NCBI GenBank assembly: GCA_963664295.1
Contig: OY760935.1
Span: 973,604 to 1,037,603, forward strand
Length of the DNA: 64,000 bases
From: Candidatus Altimarinota bacterium
GTDB lineage: Bacteria; Patescibacteriota; Gracilibacteria; CAIRYL01; GCA-016699755
Direction of reading: 5' to 3'
Shown: positions 19,542 through 30,100 of the stretch, piece by piece
Layout of the letters: each line of letters starts with the position of its first letter
Position numbering within the stretch: position 1 is the first letter of the stretch
The notes under the pieces: generated by a model
The model's input: the letters and a program-made list of their open reading frames with translations, nothing else
Databases searched by the model: none
What the model was told of the DNA's origin: nothing
Program-made: the position numbers and the translations under genes

Positions 19542-19820
19542 ATGGATAATGACTTTGAATATACACCGCCGAGCAATATTGTTTCGCCTGACGAGCCAGT
19601 TAGCAATATTCTAATCAACATTGCTGATTATTTACTTTTAACTATTGGCTCAGTTGCTGTTGTTTTGTTTGTTTTTGGTGCTTTTGTGTGGATTTTTGCA
19701 AAAGGAGATGAAGAACAAATTAACAAGGCAAAAAAATTATTTTTTTATGCCATTTTTGGTGCGCTTTTTGCGCTTTTGAGCTATGTTATTGTTGAATATG
19801 TAATAGACATATTTATTTGA
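19542..19820 (+). CDS. VirB2/TrbC-like small membrane protein, paralogue 2
   Basis: Start reset to ATG 19542 (MDNDFEY...) because the track ORF from 19428 runs through tRNA-Glu. Module: SVAVVLFVFGAFVWIFAKGDEEQINKAKKLFFYAIFGALFALLSYVIVEYVI. Confidence 0.6.
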   Translation: MDNDFEYTPPSNIVSPDEPVSNILINIADYLLLTIGSVAVVLFVFGAFVWIFAKGDEEQINKAKKLFFYAIFGALFALLSYVIVEYVIDIFI

Positions 19821-19871
19821 AATAAGACAAAAAATGTGTTAAAATAATAAGAAGGCAAAAAATAAACAAAA

Positions 19872-20606
19872 ATGAAAAATAATAAAAAAATACAAAGAAG
19901 CTTAAGACTTCAAAGCCTAGACAGTAGGGTTAGTGCTGGAGTTTTTGACGAAGAACAAAGAGATAAGTTAATTAAAAAACTAGAAAATTTAATTAGTGGA
20001 GCACTTTTTTTGGCTAATGACAAAAAAAGAAGAGAAAACTGGATTAACACCTTGCCCAGTTTGGACATTGATGACCTACTTGAGCTGGAGGGCGCTATTA
20101 TGCGGGAAAATTTACGCTATAAAAAGGGAGCTAGAAAAATTACTTTTGAAAAAACAGGAAAAAATATTGATATAGCAAATTGTTTTTATAAAAAAACTGA
20201 TGACCTTAGGCTTGATTTAACTAAAAACCCTGAGGAAAGACAAAACTCAGAGGCTCTTGACAACATGGCGTTGCTTTTAGTGATGGCGATTTTTGATATT
20301 TTTGAGCAAGAAGGAGCGCGGGATTTTAAACAAACACAGTTAAAACTAAAAATTACCCCAGATAGTTTTAAGCTCGAACAAAAAAGGCAAAAAGCATTGG
20401 AGCAAATCGCAACAGGACTTCAGGAATGGAAAGGTGAATTTAAAAAAGACTGGGAAAGGTTCGTTGATGCTGTGAGCAGGTCTTTTTTGTTAGCAAAACA
20501 AACAGAGTGTGAAATAGAAGATAAAGAAAATGATTTTCCCGAGATTGAAGCCGATGAGCAAGATTTAGACAGTTTTTTAGACTTATATCAAGCTTCAAAT
20601 GAGTAA
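19872..20606 (+). CDS. Hypothetical soluble, acidic, coiled-coil-rich protein
   Basis: 244 aa with no TM and no recognised motif. It overlaps the next gene by 8 nt, which suggests an operon. Confidence 0.5.
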   Translation: MKNNKKIQRSLRLQSLDSRVSAGVFDEEQRDKLIKKLENLISGALFLANDKKRRENWINTLPSLDIDDLLELEGAIMRENLRYKKGARKITFEKTGKNIDIANCFYKKTDDLRLDLTKNPEERQNSEALDNMALLLVMAIFDIFEQEGARDFKQTQLKLKITPDSFKLEQKRQKALEQIATGLQEWKGEFKKDWERFVDAVSRSFLLAKQTECEIEDKENDFPEIEADEQDLDSFLDLYQASNE

Positions 20607-23600
20607 GATATTTGACACAGCAGTAGAAATGTTGGCAGGCAAAGAGCAATCTCCAGAAGAAAAAGACCAGTCTATTTTGCAATCTTTTGATCTCAAGGCT
20701 CAGACCGAAAGCGCAAAAGGAGTTTTGGGTAGTGTTTGGGAAGTGACCAAAGAAACAACCAATGACGCTTTTGAATGGCTAAAGAAAAACAAAAAAGATG
20801 TAATTAAGGTGGGGATAGGAGTTGTTGGTATTAGTTTAGCCTATAAATTTATTCGCGGATTATTTGGCGACAAAGAAGGCGGTTCTGGCAATAAAGAGGG
20901 AGGAGGCCTTTTTGGCTGGCTTAAAGAGGCAGTTGGAATAAAAAAAATTGCGGGAATAGCTGGGGTAGGCTCCGCCCTATGGCTTACACAAAAAATACTC
21001 AAAGGTGATCTTGTTCCAGTTATTAAATGGTTTGAAAAAAAGGCAGGCATTTTGGGAGATGAAAAAGCAAAAGAACACCTAACTGAACTTGTTGGTGAAA
21101 AAAATGCAAACAGAGTTATTGAGGCGACTAGTGCTGTTTTACATCCAGTTGAAACCTTAAGTGATACTGTCGATAAGGCCAAAGCATGGTGTGCTGAGCA
21201 CGGTGTTTCTGCTGACTGGTTGCCTGATCCAAAAAAACTTTATACTGATTACATACAAAAATATCCAACAATGGCAACCGCCGCAGTTGCCGGAAGCACT
21301 ATTTTGGCTTGGTGGTTTACTAAAGACATTTTAAAGTTTTTAATAAAAAGTGTTTTTAGTCCAAAAAAACTTTTAGCACTTACTGCAATCACTGGACTTT
21401 CAATGATATTGTTTGGTAAGACAGATTTTATTGCTAAAAAACTGCAAGAAATTGGAATTAATATCAATGATTATAATAAAGATGGAAAGATTAATTTTTC
21501 AGACATTGCTATTGAAATTGCCAAAAAAGGAATTGAAGCAATAAAGTGGCTAAGAGGGCAAATTGGTTTATTTTTAGACAAGCTTGGTTTTAATAACAAT
21601 GCCCAGTTTGTTGTTATGGGTGCAGGTGCATTTACAATTTGGAAAACAAGAAGATTTTTGTTAGGAGCCAGTAAGTTTGCTGTATCAGCAGCTCCTTTTT
21701 TAGCTATAACCACTGCTTTGTTGTGTTTGTTGCAAGACGATGCTGTAGCCGACGAAAAATTAGAGACAGAAGAAGACAAAAGAAAGTTTCTGGATAAATA
21801 TTTAGAAAAAATACTACAAGAAACAACAGACCCGGAAATAAAAGAAATACTTAAAAATAATAAAAATGAAGTAGTGAACTTTTTTATGAACCCTAAAGAT
21901 TTTAGCTATGAGCACCAGGGTGGTACTTTTGACACAATTGTTTCTTGTACAAATTTTGTTGGTGATTTTTGTGCTGCTATGGGCGAAAGTGCAGGCAGTT
22001 TACTTGATGCATTAGCAGAAAATGGTGATGCCAATAAACATACAATTGAATTTATTAAAGAAAAAAACGAAACGGGCTTTAGTTTATTTGATATAGTTGG
22101 TTTTTTTCGGGCAATGTACAGAGATGGAACGGAGATTTTAATAGCAGACGGAATGGTTTCTTGTGCAATGAAAGGGGCAAGGGGGGTTGTGTGGACTGTG
22201 ATGACAAGTGTGGATGTCACAGTAGATGCAATTAAAGATGCAATATTAGAAAATCCATTTGAAGGTGTAAAAACTTATGTAAAAGGGTCAGCATTTTTTA
22301 TTGGCATAGGAACCACAGTGGGTGGTGTTTTCGGAGGAGTGCCAGGTGCGCTTAAGGGCTTTAAGCAGGGTGCTTTGTTGCCAGGTAAGATTACTATTGG
22401 CGCAGGTGTTAAGCTGGCAAAGACGCCAAAGCAAATTCAGCGTGTTATTGAAGAAGCCCCTGAGTGGAAGGCGCTTAAAGCAACAAATGTGAAAAATAAA
22501 TTTAAAGGCATTCGGTTTGCTAGTTTTTTGAAAAATCACCAAGAAGAAGCATATTTTAAGTTTTTACAAAAAACATACAAAGATGCTTATAGAAATTATG
22601 CTTTTTATTCAGGCCTCAACCCTTGGACAGATGAAATAGGAGATGAATGGTCATTTAAAAAATCAGCAAATAAATGGAAAGCAAAAATGGCGGATCTTAC
22701 AAAAAAAATTGAAACACATAAGTATTATGTACCTAGTAAACATGATGGTTTAGTTAAAGAACTTGGACAAGAAGTTTTAAACGATCCTGAGCTGAAAAAT
22801 ATTTACAGACAAAGGGCAACTAGACTAAAGAACATAAAAATAGGTGCAGAATTTACACAAGGCAAAAAAATATATCAAGTTGCACAATATATTCCAGAAA
22901 AAGACGAGGTGGTTTTGTATGAGCTTGGAAAAAATAAAATAAAAAGAATGCCAGCAAAACATTTACCAAAAGAAGCATTTAAGAATGGTAAAATAAGAGC
23001 TGTTGGTAAGGTGACTGGGCGCATGGTGGAGGCCGGAAGAAAAGGAGCAGGAAAAGCAACAGCAACAGCTAAAGCTGGTGTTGCAAATGTGGGTAACGCA
23101 GGAAAAGAAGCATTAGAGGCTGTAGCTGACACAAAAATAGGCAGAATTGCTCAAAAAACAGGTAAAGTATTGGGCTCAGGTGTAGACACTGTTGCAGAGC
23201 GCACAGGGGCTAAGGCAGTGGCAAGGTTCATGGAAAAAACAAAAATAGTCAAAGTTGCTGGAAAATTAGCTGGCCCAGTAGCAATTGGCTACGAACTTTA
23301 TACAGCAATAAAAGAAGAAACCACTGCAGAGAAAGAAAAAAATGAAGCAATAAGAGATCTAAAGAAAGGTAAGGCAAAAATGCACGCAGGACTTGCTGTT
23401 GCCAATGGCATATTATTAGCAACAAGTTCTACTGTAGATGCTACTGCATTAGCTGCGGGGTCTGCTACGGCTGCCTCTATTGGACTAGCTGGCGCAGGTG
23501 CAGTGGCCATAGAAAGCTGGCGTTATGTTTATGATGGAGCAATGGACTCAGCAGAAGAAAACCTTAAACAAGCTTCGGATTGGGTGACAGAACATGATCG

Positions 23601-24525
23601 CTTAGGGCTTTTTCATGCACTATTAAGTACAGCAACAGATTTGACCACTGGTGATAAATATAGAGCAACTTTTAGTACTGCTACAGGAGAAAGTATTTTA
23701 GAAGAAAAAATAGACACTCGTAGAAAAATTTGGGAAGCAATTTTGATGCAAGAGGAGGTGTTTGCTCCCCCAAAAGATCCTTCATTAAGTTCAAAATATT
23801 TATTTTATCGCATGCTTTTTATAAAAAATAGCACAGTTGATTTTATAGGCACAGATTTTGACCAAATTCGTAACACATTAAAGCTTTCTTCTAATTTTGC
23901 CACAGCTATGGTTTATAGAGAAAAATTAATACAAAAAGGTGTGACAAGTTCTGTTTTTGAGATCGGAGGTGGTACTTTTGATTTAATTAAAGACTTTAAA
24001 GTATCAGATCCAAATATTGTATTAAAGATTGCTTTTTGGATGAAAAATGAAACAGAAACATATAAAGAGACTGAAGGCATAATTGAAAAACAAACAGAAC
24101 CAAGGCTTGCCAAGAATCCTTTAGTTTATGCTCTTTATGAGGCTGGCACATACCTTGGCTATGTGGGTGATGGCTCTTTAGAGAGCTTACAAGAGTTTTT
24201 TAATGAAGAACGTAAAAGCGAAAGAGGTGTTTATTGGAATGTTGACAAAGGGGCATGGTATGTTAATGAGGCAGGCTTGGAGTTTGACAATAAAGTAGGT
24301 GTTGGTGGGTATAGAACAGCAATAAACACTATTAAAACTTTGGAAAGCGAAAGTGATGATGTACTTGAGCATAGAGCCCAAAAAGTGGCAGATGCTTTTG
24401 CGGGTAGTGGCTATACAGATGTTTTAAAAAATCAAACCTTAATTATTATAGAAAAAATGAAAGAAGGCCTAAAGAAGTGGCAGGCTCAGGTTAGAGCAGA
24501 ACGAAAGGCAAGAAAAAGGCAATAA
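20599..24525 (+). CDS. Giant (1308 aa) orphan polytopic membrane protein
   Basis: A continuous ORF with many hydrophobic or Gly/Ala-rich helices (for example IKVGIGVVGISLAY, IAGIAGVGSALWL, AVAGSTILAWWF, FVVMGAGAFTIW, FFIGIGTTVGGVFGGVPGA, GLAVANGILLATSS). These are interspersed with soluble segments. No catalytic motif recognised. Confidence 0.6.
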   Translation: MSKIFDTAVEMLAGKEQSPEEKDQSILQSFDLKAQTESAKGVLGSVWEVTKETTNDAFEWLKKNKKDVIKVGIGVVGISLAYKFIRGLFGDKEGGSGNKEGGGLFGWLKEAVGIKKIAGIAGVGSALWLTQKILKGDLVPVIKWFEKKAGILGDEKAKEHLTELVGEKNANRVIEATSAVLHPVETLSDTVDKAKAWCAEHGVSADWLPDPKKLYTDYIQKYPTMATAAVAGSTILAWWFTKDILKFLIKSVFSPKKLLALTAITGLSMILFGKTDFIAKKLQEIGININDYNKDGKINFSDIAIEIAKKGIEAIKWLRGQIGLFLDKLGFNNNAQFVVMGAGAFTIWKTRRFLLGASKFAVSAAPFLAITTALLCLLQDDAVADEKLETEEDKRKFLDKYLEKILQETTDPEIKEILKNNKNEVVNFFMNPKDFSYEHQGGTFDTIVSCTNFVGDFCAAMGESAGSLLDALAENGDANKHTIEFIKEKNETGFSLFDIVGFFRAMYRDGTEILIADGMVSCAMKGARGVVWTVMTSVDVTVDAIKDAILENPFEGVKTYVKGSAFFIGIGTTVGGVFGGVPGALKGFKQGALLPGKITIGAGVKLAKTPKQIQRVIEEAPEWKALKATNVKNKFKGIRFASFLKNHQEEAYFKFLQKTYKDAYRNYAFYSGLNPWTDEIGDEWSFKKSANKWKAKMADLTKKIETHKYYVPSKHDGLVKELGQEVLNDPELKNIYRQRATRLKNIKIGAEFTQGKKIYQVAQYIPEKDEVVLYELGKNKIKRMPAKHLPKEAFKNGKIRAVGKVTGRMVEAGRKGAGKATATAKAGVANVGNAGKEALEAVADTKIGRIAQKTGKVLGSGVDTVAERTGAKAVARFMEKTKIVKVAGKLAGPVAIGYELYTAIKEETTAEKEKNEAIRDLKKGKAKMHAGLAVANGILLATSSTVDATALAAGSATAASIGLAGAGAVAIESWRYVYDGAMDSAEENLKQASDWVTEHDRLGLFHALLSTATDLTTGDKYRATFSTATGESILEEKIDTRRKIWEAILMQEEVFAPPKDPSLSSKYLFYRMLFIKNSTVDFIGTDFDQIRNTLKLSSNFATAMVYREKLIQKGVTSSVFEIGGGTFDLIKDFKVSDPNIVLKIAFWMKNETETYKETEGIIEKQTEPRLAKNPLVYALYEAGTYLGYVGDGSLESLQEFFNEERKSERGVYWNVDKGAWYVNEAGLEFDNKVGVGGYRTAINTIKTLESESDDVLEHRAQKVADAFAGSGYTDVLKNQTLIIIEKMKEGLKKWQAQVRAERKARKRQ

Positions 24526-24526
24526 A

Positions 24527-27085
24527 TTAAGTCTTAAGTTTTTGAATTTTTTCTTTTAATTCTTCTGCCAATTGACGAGTTTCTTTTACTAGGTGGGCAG
24601 GTGCTTTTTCTGTGTAGCCTTTGTTATTTAATTTTGCTTCAAGTCCTTTTAGTTGCTCCTCTGCTTCTTTCAGCTCTTTTTTCTTACGAGCCTGCTCTTT
24701 GGCTTCATCAACTAAGCCTTTGAGTGGTAAAGCAATGTCTATGCCAGCTATAAAGTCTTGTACTGCCTTGTCTGCATATTTTTCGTATTTTACCTCCTCA
24801 ATACGGGCTAGTGATTTAATGATGGCTTCATTTTTTTTGATTGCATCGAGATTTTTGCCTGTGAAATGAGCAGTAATTTTTTTTACAGGTTCTACTTTGT
24901 GCTCTGCGCGCACAGAACGAATAAAAGAAATAACTTCTTTAACTTTTTCAAATTCTAAATCATTCAAAGCATCATTTTTAGCTTGTGGCCAAGGTGAAAT
25001 TATTAGCATTTCTTTTTCACCAATTTCTGACCAGATTTTTTCTGTGACGAATGGCAAAATTGGGTGCCAAAGTTTTAATAAAATTTTTAATGTATCAAAT
25101 AATAATGCGTTTGTGTCTGGCCTATTTTCTGCCTTGGATGCTTCAATTGCCCAATCTGCAAATAAGTCCCAGGTAAACTCCCATAATTCTTCAGCAACTG
25201 CGCCAAGATTATATTTTTGATAATTTTTAGTGGTGTTTTTAATTAAATTAGCTCTTAAGGTCAATATCCATTGTTGTAAGTCTGTTTGTGGCTTTGTTGG
25301 TGCTTCTGTTTTTTCTTGTGAGTTTATGAAACGAGCCATGTTCCAGAGTTTATTGCAAAAATTTCGACAACCTGCGATTTTTTCTTCACCCAAATTTACT
25401 TGATTTCCTGGACTTGTGCCAATTATGAGTGAAAGACGGACTGCATCAGCACCAAACTTTTTAATCATATCAATTGGGTCTATACCATTTCCTTTGGATT
25501 TGCTCATTTTTTTGCCATGAGCATCACAAACAAGACCATGTAAATACACTGTTTCATATGGATATTTTCCAGTTGCATAACGACCAAACATGATCATGCG
25601 GGCAACCCAAAAAAATAAAATATCATGCCCAGTTTCTAATACATTTGTTGGGTAAAATTTTTGATAATCAGGATGGTTTTCGTCTGGCCAACCAAGAGTA
25701 GAAAATGGCCAAAGCGCAGAGGAAAACCAAGTGTCCAAAGTATCTTCGTCTTGACGAAGATTTGAGCTACCACAAGGACATTTTTCAGGTGTTTTTGTGT
25801 CTACAATTTCTTTGCCACAATCATCACAATACCAAACAGGAATGCGATGACCCCACCAAATTTGACGAGAAATACACCAGTCCCGCAGATTTTCTATCCA
25901 ATTAAAATAAATTTTTCCAAATCTTTTAGGGATAATCTCTACATCACCATTTTTTACTGCATCAATTGTTAATTTTTTAATTGTGGTTTTTTTGCCGGTA
26001 TGTCGATCTATAAATTCTTTTTCTACTGACACAAACCACTGCGGAGAAATCATTGGCTCAACAACAGTGTGTGAACGATAGCAATAAGCTACTCTGTTTA
26101 CATAATTTTCATCAATTTTTTCAATTAAGCCCTTTTTTTTCATTTCTTCGACCACTGCCTTTCTGGCCTCAAACCTATCCATGCCTGCAAATTTACCAGC
26201 ATGTTCATTCATTTTTCCGTTAAAATCAATAACTTGTTTGATTTCTAAATTATGTCTTTTTCCTACCTCAAAATCATTTGGATCATGAGCTGGTGTGATT
26301 TTTACTACACCTGTTCCAAATTTAGGATCCACATATTCATCAGCAATTACCTTTAGTCTTGCTGAGCCAAGCACTGTTTCAATATCTACCTCCTTACCAA
26401 TCCATTTTTGATAGCGCTTGTCGTCTGGATGAACCGCTATGGCAGTATCACCAAACTTTGTTTCCGGGCGCACAGTTGCCAAAGTAAAAGGCCCATATTT
26501 TATGTAATAAAGAGGATTGTTTTCTTCTTGCCACTCAAGTTCGTCATCAGCAAGTACGCTTTGAGCACCAACAGACCAGTTTATCATGCGTTCACCACGC
26601 ACAATTAAATCATCTTCATAAAGCATTTTAAAAATAGTGTTAACTGCATGATTACGCTCTTCATCAAAAGTGTATGCTTCACGACTCCAATCACAACTTG
26701 AGCCCATGCGTTTTATTTGATTGCTTATTGTTGCGTGAGATTTTGCAGCAAATTTTTTGCAGTGCTCCAAAAACTCTTCACGACCATATTCCTCTCGGCT
26801 TTTTGCGCCAAGCTCTCTAAGCACCACGTTTTCTGTAGCGATGGCAGCGTGATCTGTGCCAGGAACCCATAAGGTAGATTCGCCAAGCATACGGTGATAG
26901 CGAATAAAAGCATCTTCAATGGCAAGCATAATCGCATGACCAAGATGTAAAGTTCCTGTCACATTTGGTGGAGGAATTGGTATTGTAAAAGTTTTATCAG
27001 CATTGTTGGGCTGAAAATAACCTTTTTCTTCCCAGGTTTTATAAAGTTCTTGTTCGCTTTTGTGCGGGTCATATGCTTTTTCCAT
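24527..27085 (-). CDS. valS: Valine--tRNA ligase
   Basis: PPPNVTGTLHLGHA (HIGH), KMSKSKGN (KMSKS) and a C-terminal coiled coil. 852 aa. Confidence 0.95.
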   Translation of the reverse strand: MEKAYDPHKSEQELYKTWEEKGYFQPNNADKTFTIPIPPPNVTGTLHLGHAIMLAIEDAFIRYHRMLGESTLWVPGTDHAAIATENVVLRELGAKSREEYGREEFLEHCKKFAAKSHATISNQIKRMGSSCDWSREAYTFDEERNHAVNTIFKMLYEDDLIVRGERMINWSVGAQSVLADDELEWQEENNPLYYIKYGPFTLATVRPETKFGDTAIAVHPDDKRYQKWIGKEVDIETVLGSARLKVIADEYVDPKFGTGVVKITPAHDPNDFEVGKRHNLEIKQVIDFNGKMNEHAGKFAGMDRFEARKAVVEEMKKKGLIEKIDENYVNRVAYCYRSHTVVEPMISPQWFVSVEKEFIDRHTGKKTTIKKLTIDAVKNGDVEIIPKRFGKIYFNWIENLRDWCISRQIWWGHRIPVWYCDDCGKEIVDTKTPEKCPCGSSNLRQDEDTLDTWFSSALWPFSTLGWPDENHPDYQKFYPTNVLETGHDILFFWVARMIMFGRYATGKYPYETVYLHGLVCDAHGKKMSKSKGNGIDPIDMIKKFGADAVRLSLIIGTSPGNQVNLGEEKIAGCRNFCNKLWNMARFINSQEKTEAPTKPQTDLQQWILTLRANLIKNTTKNYQKYNLGAVAEELWEFTWDLFADWAIEASKAENRPDTNALLFDTLKILLKLWHPILPFVTEKIWSEIGEKEMLIISPWPQAKNDALNDLEFEKVKEVISFIRSVRAEHKVEPVKKITAHFTGKNLDAIKKNEAIIKSLARIEEVKYEKYADKAVQDFIAGIDIALPLKGLVDEAKEQARKKKELKEAEEQLKGLEAKLNNKGYTEKAPAHLVKETRQLAEELKEKIQKLKT

Positions 27086-27124
27086 TGTTTAATCAAAATC
27101 AAGGGAAATACTAGCAAAGACCTT

Positions 27125-27172
27125 GCTTATTAGCAATTTTAATTCCAAGCTTATTAGCAATTTTAATTCCAA
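27125..27172. repeat. 24-bp tandem duplication (x2) spanning the stop codon of the SLH surface-protein gene
   Basis: GCTTATTAGCAATTTTAATTCCAA occurs at 27125-27148 and again at 27149-27172. The second copy contains codons ...I-W-N-stop of the minus-strand gene. Confidence 0.85.
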
Positions 27173-30100
27173 ATTAAGCCATAAATTATTTTTGTAGCTT
27201 GTGCGCGAGTAAGATTATCATTTGGTTTAAACTCTGTGTCTGAAAAACCTTTTACAATACCCAATTCTTTTGCTTTTTCTACCCACGTGATCTGCCATGA
27301 ATCCAAATCTTTAAAGTCTGATTTCTTTTTTGAGCCTTTTAGTCCCTTGATGGTTAGCAGGATTTTTAAAGCTTCAGCGCGGGTAATGTTGTTTTCTGGT
27401 CTTAATGTGCCATCATTATAACCCTTAATGGCATTTTTATTTTTTGCAAATTGTGCATAAGGCGCTAGTTCGTGGTTTGTGGGAATATCTATAAATGGAT
27501 TTTGACTTACTGTTGGCAAGGCTTCTTCTCTTAGTGCATCCACGGCCATTTGCAGAAAATCACCACGAGTTATGGCTTTATTAGGATAAAACTTTTTATT
27601 ATCCTTAATAACACCAAATAATTTTAATTTTATTATATATTCTGTTGCCCACTCAGCATCTTTTAGGTCTGAAAATATTTGACTCGTTCCTCTTTTAATT
27701 GGTGAACTGCCATTTTTTATTTCTTCATTGTCATCATGGCCATCGTTATCAGAGTCTATATTTTCTTCATCTGTACCTAAAAAGTGCTCTTCAATATTGC
27801 TTAATCCGTCACCATCTAGGTCGTCTTCGCTTGTTGTATAGCCTTCTTCTGCGTTGTTTTCTTCGTTTTGATTATCATTACTGTTATCATTTTCGTTTTC
27901 ACTGTTTCCCCCGGTTTTTTGGAGCAAGTCTTCATCAATAGAAACATCCCCAAGCTGATTTACAACAATGCTTTTGCAATAGTCCACCCCATTTTCCCCA
28001 TCTTCGCCTTGACCGTTGATACAAAAAATAGTTGGATTTCTTATTTCTACTGTTTCGGAATTAATTTTTGATTTATTTTTAATGATTACGCCGTTGTTGT
28101 TGCCAAAATCAAGAGCCCTTACAGCAAATTGATTATTGTTTTTTGGATCAAAAGACAAAGATATTTTTGAATTATCAGTTAAAAATGGCAACAAATTGCC
28201 CTCTATTTTATATTCATCACCCTCTTCGTCTTCTGTTAATGGCATTTCAAATGGCGGAAAAGATAGATAAACAATGTTTTTTGTTGTTCTTATAAAAGCA
28301 GGTCCAGCAACTTCTTTGCTACCTTTTTTGAGATATATTTCGCTAAATGGTGCTATTTTTAATTTATCTATTGCAAACTCACTTTCAGGATCTCCTTCTT
28401 CAAAATTTAACTCAAGCTCCATTTGCTGTATTGCCAGATTAGAAACAAAGTTTTTAATATTTAAATTAGCAAGCACAAGCTCTTCTTGCTTTTCTTCTAT
28501 AATTGCTGTTTTTTCCTCTGTTTCAAGTTTCTGAAAACTAAATTCAAGATATGCACTATCAGAAGGGGCTATTTCAAGGTCAAATCCTTCACTAATTTTT
28601 TCTTCTGGATAAGTTGCCTTAACTCGCAAAGACCCACTTTTTGCGTCTTCTGGAAGAATAGCAGTAATTTTTTTGCCACGACTATCAACATCAGTGACTG
28701 TTAGCTCGGACTTATTTAGTGTGACAACATTGTGTTTAATATTTGTTGGAAAGTTATAGCCATAAATTTCAACTTTTTTGCCACGCACTTTGCCTTCTGG
28801 GAATAAAACTTTTTTAATCATTGGCGCAGCATAAACCGCGGTAGGATGGTCAGATCCAAAGGGCACCTCTAAAACATTGCTTTTATTTTTACCTCTTTGG
28901 ACATAAATTTTAACAACTTTACTTGGTTCTTCGCTAAGCTCTACATCGGTGGAATCTTCTGGTAATAAAAATCCAGCCTCAATTTTTCCACCTGATAATT
29001 TTACCCCGTCCAAGCCAATATTTTTGTCCAATTTAGCTCCGGAAACACTTAATTTAATGTCGCTAGTGTCGTTGCCAAAACCTGAACCGTATATTGTAAA
29101 AGGTGTGCCTTCATGGAAGCCATATTTGTCTTCTATTTTATAAATTCTTGGCTCCAAATTTTCTTCCAAATCATATTCAAATGGATTGGATTGATATTTT
29201 TCGTAGGCTGTTATTAAAATTTCACCTTTTGTTTTAATGTCATTTTCAGTGTTAATGCGAATTTTGTTATATACTGTGCTAAATTCGTCTTGGCCAATTT
29301 TTTTGCCACCTATTTTAATTTCAATATCGTCTTCATTTGTTGGTAAGTTGTTAGCAAAAATATCTAAGATTTTTTCCTGTCTTTTATCGCTTATATATTC
29401 AATATTTGTTATTTCTACTGGATCTGATTTTTCGTAAACCAAAATATTGCTTTCTGTTTTATCAACCACAACTTTTATTAAAGAAAGTGGAGGTAAGGGC
29501 TTTGGTGCCTCTGCTTCTATGATAATTTTGCCATAATGGTTTTCGTAAATTTGTTCTGGTGTGACAGATTTATTATTAAATTTAACTTTTACTTTTTTTG
29601 TGTCATTAGGAATATTTTCAGCTACAATCTTAAAAAGATCCTTATTATCATCACTCACACCTTTTTCCACAGAAATATTTTGTATTATTGGAGGGAAAAT
29701 TTTGGACATTTTTAATTCATTACTTTTTAAGCCATCACGAATAATTTCTATATCTTTTTGGTATTTTAAGCGCGGTAGTTTAAAACTAATTAAATTATCA
29801 GTTATTTTATAGTTTTTAAGTCCGCTCAGGCTTATTTCGGTGTCAACAAATAGTCCGGAGAAATTTTTGCCATGGATTTCAACCTCCTTACCAGGCAAAA
29901 TTCCGTCTTTTCCGTAAACAAAATAAATTTCTGGTGCTGGCACATCAACATAAAAAGGATCACTTTCCACTATTTCTTTTTTGTATTTTATTTCTACTCT
30001 TATATTGCCGGACTTTGTGTCTTCATCAAGACGCACAGCCATATGATCAAATACAACATATTCAATGTCACTACTAACATTCAGCTCTTTGTTGTCAGGA

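Noticed and set aside
20841-24381. Numerous 60-115-aa antisense ORFs inside the 1308-aa gene; similar ones occur inside valS, the SLH genes, guaB, purH, gatB, mfd and others
   Set aside because: Each is nested opposite a much longer ORF that has recognisable motifs or continuous coding. Their low-complexity translations are typical of shadow frames.
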